In this document: one piece after another, positions 53,252-57,307 of the stretch
Layout: each line of letters opens with the position of its first letter
How positions within the stretch are numbered: position 1 is the first letter of the stretch
IMG/VR virus record: IMGVR_UViG_3300025133_007637
Coordinates: 1 to 57,307 of that record
Direction: 5' to 3' (one strand)
DNA from: a virus
Taxonomy: Duplodnaviria; Caudoviricetes
Length of the DNA stretch: 57,307 nucleotides
Position numbers and translations under genes: made by a program
Notes under the pieces: generated by a model
What the model saw: the letters and a program-made list of their open reading frames with translations, nothing else
What the model was told of the DNA's origin: nothing
Database searches by the model: none

Positions 53252-55171
53252 TTAAATACAAATGTTCTGAAAGATATTCCTTAATAATTCAGTATATCGT
53301 ACTGGATCGGGTGGATAAATGTTAATTAATCTATCCATTTCATTATTAACAATGTCATCCCACATTTGAAAATAATTATTATTTGTTATTATATAAGTTT
53401 CATACATATCACCAGGAGAACAATCGCCAACACTACAATTCAGTGCTTGAGCTTGAACGTGAGTTTCTGTTGTAGAACCCCATGTTTGGGCTGGCTCATC
53501 AGTAATCATAATAATATAAGGATAGGCATCTGATCGCCAGTTGATCCCCACAGGATCGCTCGGGTCTGTTAAAGAGTCCATTACATCCCAACTCGGTTCA
53601 CTACCTCCACCATTACACGCCATATTCAATAGTGCTGCGCGAAAGGCCGCGACATCCACTAGTGATGGTTGTGATCGCAATTCATAACGTGCTGATGAAT
53701 TAGTTTGATATTGACCAGGAAACGAAACAAGAGCAAATCTGTGTTCAGTGTTTTGAAACTGTGAAATGTATTGTGTTATTCCTTGTGTCAATGCTGAGAT
53801 AAACGGGCACATTGAACCAGAAATGTCTATCACAAAAACCATATCAACTTTGGCGTGAGGATTTAAATCTTCGTCTATTGCGCCATCGCAATCATTGTCT
53901 AAATGATCACAAATTTCTAGCTGCGGAGATACAGCACCAATACAATCAGACCATACGCCTAACGTGCAAGAACTAGTTCCAACGCGACATTCACCAATTC
54001 CAGCTGTTGCTGTATTCCCACAGGTCATTCCCATTCCGTCTATAACACCATCGCAATCATCATCCCAGTTGTTGCATGTTTCTGGTGCTATGTTATAGAA
54101 ATAGCATGGACCCCATGCGCCATACTCATCACACAACTCAACTCCAACACCACAATTAACAGGAGTATTAGTTGCTGGATCAAGTATGTTCTGGTTACAA
54201 ATGCGAGCTTGGCCAAGCACACAACTACACCCCTCATCAACTACGCCATCACAATCATTATCGATCATATCACAAAGTTCTGTCGTGGGTTGGGCTGCAT
54301 CACAGTTTACCCAAGCACCACTTGAACATTCCTCGACGCCAGAACCACAGGCACTAACGCATCTGCGTATTAATCCCTCATCAACCGCACCATCACAATC
54401 ATTGTCCGCCCCATCGCAGGTTTCGGCTTCGGGATAGATCGCATCAATACATTTTGACTCGCCGCCATCACACAACACCCTTCCAAATGCACAAATTCCT
54501 ACAGCTTGCGATGGTCCACACGTTATATGACGAATGTCGTCCACTACACCACTGCAATCATCATCAATCTGATTGCAGGTTTCCGCAGTTGGAAGTGTTT
54601 GGTTGTTGCACGGTCCCCATTGACCATTGATACAGAATTGCTCACCGCGTTTACAGATTGAGTCGCCGCCGAATGTTGCGTTAGTGGGTCCGCGCCAGCA
54701 ACTAATGGGTTTTAAGTCTTCGTCAATCTGATCGTTACAATCATTGTCGCGGCCATCACAAACTTCTGTTGCTGTTGGGTTTACTGATTTTCGCAAATCA
54801 TCGCAATCGCCGCCGCAAGAGGTATAGCCATCCTTGTCAAGATCAAATCCTTCATCGACCTCTCCGTTACAGTCATTATCCACACCATCGCAAATTTCTT
54901 CAGCGGGAGAAACAAAACCTACACAAATTTCACGATCTTCAGGATCGCATTCAATTATTCCAAAATGACATGCACCTGTTTTATAAATGTCGTGATCTTT
55001 AAAGTTATCTGCTAAAACGACGGTTCCGTCGTTAGTAATTCCGCAAGGACGATTTATATGACAAACTTTAGCTAAACCAGAGCCGTCATCACACGATGAA
55101 CAACCTTGAAGAATGGTCGCTACCGCGATGAAAAATAATAGTATTTTGCGTTGGCAAAAAATTGCCCCCAT
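53252..55171 (-). CDS. Lipoprotein with seven Cys/Asp-rich putative metal-binding (MopE-like) repeats and a C-terminal vWA domain
   Basis: Lipobox LQGC; 7x ExCDxxDNDCDGxVDE; VDMVFVIDISGSM (MIDAS), ITDE. Confidence 0.85.
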   Translation of the reverse strand: MGAIFCQRKILLFFIAVATILQGCSSCDDGSGLAKVCHINRPCGITNDGTVVLADNFKDHDIYKTGACHFGIIECDPEDREICVGFVSPAEEICDGVDNDCNGEVDEGFDLDKDGYTSCGGDCDDLRKSVNPTATEVCDGRDNDCNDQIDEDLKPISCWRGPTNATFGGDSICKRGEQFCINGQWGPCNNQTLPTAETCNQIDDDCSGVVDDIRHITCGPSQAVGICAFGRVLCDGGESKCIDAIYPEAETCDGADNDCDGAVDEGLIRRCVSACGSGVEECSSGAWVNCDAAQPTTELCDMIDNDCDGVVDEGCSCVLGQARICNQNILDPATNTPVNCGVGVELCDEYGAWGPCYFYNIAPETCNNWDDDCDGVIDGMGMTCGNTATAGIGECRVGTSSCTLGVWSDCIGAVSPQLEICDHLDNDCDGAIDEDLNPHAKVDMVFVIDISGSMCPFISALTQGITQYISQFQNTEHRFALVSFPGQYQTNSSARYELRSQPSLVDVAAFRAALLNMACNGGGSEPSWDVMDSLTDPSDPVGINWRSDAYPYIIMITDEPAQTWGSTTETHVQAQALNCSVGDCSPGDMYETYIITNNNYFQMWDDIVNNEMDRLINIYPPDPVRYTELLRNIFQNICI

Positions 55172-55203
55172 ACTAATACTTATACACTACGGGAATCAAA
55201 AAG

Positions 55204-55941
55204 TCAATTATTTTTTTTATTTTCCCTAAGTGAATGTAAGGAGTCGTAAGCAGAATTCTTAAAATTATTCAACTTTTCTAAATAACCTTGATTGCGAAGC
55301 ATTTTAAAAGCTAAATTTTCTGTAGAGAAAATCCCACCCTTTTCTAATCCACACTTGCGAAGTTTCTTTACTTTGTCTTTTAAATTTGACGCACGCTCAA
55401 ATACTGAGCCAGGAGATAATCTTTCTAAGCTATCGATTTCCCTCATTAATGAGTCTGCCTTTTTATCTGCGCCTTCGATATCAAGAATGGGTTTTTCTTT
55501 TTTTGGTTGTGTCAACCATTCATCATTTTGTAAAGAATAGACGCCCGTAGAATGATGAGGTTCGTTTATATCTTGAACATAAGTTTCAACCTCGTGATCA
55601 TACAATTTAATATCGTGAACATTATTCCATGACATTTTTTTTAAATTAAAAAAGTCGCGCAACAACTCAGGATCGATCTTAAGTTCATCAAGATCAACAA
55701 GTATGTGTAAGTCAACGTCCGACAAATCTGTCCAATTATAATTGGCTAAAGAACCAGTTAAAATGATATCTTTAACATTTAAATTAGGGACTTTTAAACT
55801 ATCTATGAATTCTTTAGCGATAATTAAAAGTTGTTCTCTAACTTTGGATTCAAGTTTATTATCTTTCCAAAAAGAAGGGTGAAGCTCATCTTTAACTTCA
55901 AAATCATTTCTGATCTTGTTAGTATTAAATTTGATCTTCAT
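55204..55941 (-). CDS. Pol-beta superfamily nucleotidyltransferase
   Basis: ILTGSLANYNW...SDVDLH, VETYVQ, GVYSL, ENLAFKMLR. Confidence 0.8.
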   Translation of the reverse strand: MKIKFNTNKIRNDFEVKDELHPSFWKDNKLESKVREQLLIIAKEFIDSLKVPNLNVKDIILTGSLANYNWTDLSDVDLHILVDLDELKIDPELLRDFFNLKKMSWNNVHDIKLYDHEVETYVQDINEPHHSTGVYSLQNDEWLTQPKKEKPILDIEGADKKADSLMREIDSLERLSPGSVFERASNLKDKVKKLRKCGLEKGGIFSTENLAFKMLRNQGYLEKLNNFKNSAYDSLHSLRENKKNN

Positions 55942-55953
55942 TATTACTTCTCG

Positions 55954-57027
55954 TTATTCGCCTTCTTCTACTAATTGGCGAGTTGCTCCATAAAGCTCTT
56001 TGGCGTTTTCTGATGCTTTCAAGCCAGCATTTTGGTTGCCGTTGACCGTGTATAGATTAATGTTTTCACTCATGTCTGCCAACCGATTATAGATGATGAC
56101 AATTTCATCTTGTAACTGATCAATGTATTTGTTTGCAATCTTTCTTATGTCTTCTTGAGAACCAAATTCCAAAGTTGCCACAGGGCCGAGTGCTTTGACT
56201 TGTCCCACGCCAATCTCAAAATGAGGTGAGTTTTTCTTCCATTGTTTATCGCTAACGTGTTCTTCTGCATAAAAAGTAGTTTTTCCTTGTGGAGTTCCCC
56301 TTTTCCATTCACCAAGAGGGCCGAGTTCATTCCCCATTAGTTCGCCGGTTGAGCCAACAGTAAATTCGTAAAAATCCATTGTATCAACTGCACCAGTGTC
56401 TTGCTCGTCTTTGAGAACTACTAAGTATTTCATCGGCTTTTTATACTTTAAGATACTGTTCCTCAAATCACGAAGGGAGCCGCCAACGTATCCACTGCCA
56501 CCTATTTTATAAAATTTTAAACTAATCGGGTTTCCAGAAGCATCAGTAAAGTCGGCAATATCACCACCCTGAACCTTATCTTTCTTTTGGTTGGCAGCAA
56601 TTTGTGCAGCATCTTTGCCATAAAGACTTGCTAAAAACGCTTCAAACAAAAATCCGGCTGTTGCATAGTTGTAATCGTAAATGATAGCAGCCAACACATC
56701 AAGAAAAACAAGATTAGAAAGAATAGTGGATGTAGATCTGCGTCTGATACAGGCTTCTTTACAATTGTTGATAAATCTGTTGATGAAATTAATTTTAGCG
56801 GGTAAAGATTTACCACCAATCTTATTCATAAACATTCCTATTGCTTGTCTGTCAGAAGAATCGGGATCACCAAACTTCTCACTTATTCTAAATTCAGGTA
56901 ATGATAAGGTTGTATCACGGTCTGTTTTTTTAATGCGTTTGCGGGCTTCGCTTAAAAGTTCTCGCCCTTCTGTGTGGGCACGCCATTTTTTTATAAATTC
57001 GCTCATTTCTTTAAATACCTTCTCCAA
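55954..57027 (-). CDS. Hypothetical protein, possible PD-(D/E)xK fold
   Basis: AGFLFEAFLA...IADF...PISLK; start probably MSEFI. Confidence 0.55.
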   Translation of the reverse strand: MEKVFKEMSEFIKKWRAHTEGRELLSEARKRIKKTDRDTTLSLPEFRISEKFGDPDSSDRQAIGMFMNKIGGKSLPAKINFINRFINNCKEACIRRRSTSTILSNLVFLDVLAAIIYDYNYATAGFLFEAFLASLYGKDAAQIAANQKKDKVQGGDIADFTDASGNPISLKFYKIGGSGYVGGSLRDLRNSILKYKKPMKYLVVLKDEQDTGAVDTMDFYEFTVGSTGELMGNELGPLGEWKRGTPQGKTTFYAEEHVSDKQWKKNSPHFEIGVGQVKALGPVATLEFGSQEDIRKIANKYIDQLQDEIVIIYNRLADMSENINLYTVNGNQNAGLKASENAKELYGATRQLVEEGE

Positions 57028-57307
57028 GATTCAAATAACATTTTATCAGATATTTTGGACTTTTTTGATTCTTTTGGTGGTTCCCAACCTACTGCCCCCT
57101 CTGGTGGCGGAACATAATTGCTTGATGGTGGGAGTTTTTTTGATGCTGGTTCAGACTGATCGTCAGGTTGAAAAGGGGGCTCTTGATCTTCCGCGTCTTT
57201 TAAAAGACCATAATATTCATTCGCAGACACTTGACGTAATGATTGGTTCCAACCTTGCTTATTCATTTCTTCCAATAGTTTTGCTGCCAATCTCATTTGT
57301 TGGTCGT
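57003..57307 (-). CDS. C-terminal part of a protein starting outside the window
   Basis: Frame is open to the window edge; ends LFESWRRYLKK. Confidence 0.5.
   Translation of the reverse strand, partial: DQQMRLAAKLLEEMNKQGWNQSLRQVSANEYYGLLKDAEDQEPPFQPDDQSEPASKKLPPSSNYVPPPEGAVGWEPPKESKKSKISDKMLFESWRRYLKK

Noticed and set aside
1032-55540. The many other plus-strand ORFs of 60-166 aa
   Set aside because: They lie antisense to well-supported minus-strand genes and have shadow-like composition; only 19173-20033 has real motifs.
1-57307. Stop-codon reassignment as seen in some large phages
   Set aside because: Known enzymes are full length in code 11, all three stops are used, and no suppressor tRNA is present.

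Overview
AT-rich window with almost every gene on the minus strand. It is most likely part of a large (jumbo-type) tailed bacteriophage genome infecting a Gram-negative host, possibly Myxococcota or a relative. This is an inference: no capsid, terminase or polymerase gene lies in the window. The call rests on PIN-PhoH, a Cas4-like nuclease, a MoxR AAA/VWA pair, KTSC, an SLT, tail-like proteins, stand-alone tRNAs/tmRNA and dozens of tiny ORFans behind strong sigma70 promoters. Layout: 1-15.9 kb is a nucleotide-sugar/glycosylation locus (fcl, rfbB, rfbH, neuA/neuB, B12 radical SAM, Maf-like transferase, split transketolase, several GTs). 15.9-25 kb holds the nuclease, PIN-PhoH, the only plus-strand gene (serine protease), a tmRNA, tRNA-Gly and acidic/metallopeptidase genes. 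25-28.4 kb holds probable virion proteins. 28.8-34.8 kb holds a DEDDh exonuclease, two micropeptides plus an outer-membrane beta-barrel, a nucleotidase, tRNA-Leu and a complete glyoxylate shunt (aceB-aceA). 35-39.7 kb is a tandem array of about 14 small SH3/KOW-like paralogs. 39.7-52 kb is an early-type region of promoter cassettes with a fixed-spacing AGGG box and a repeat-rich non-coding patch. 52-57 kb holds the SLT, a Cys-repeat/vWA lipoprotein and a nucleotidyltransferase. The most striking observation is an apparently intact 468-nt tmRNA (tag ANDNVALTLAA) carrying a complete 63-codon ORF with its own Shine-Dalgarno site where pseudoknots 3-4 normally sit. All product calls come from motif recognition by eye; no searches were run.
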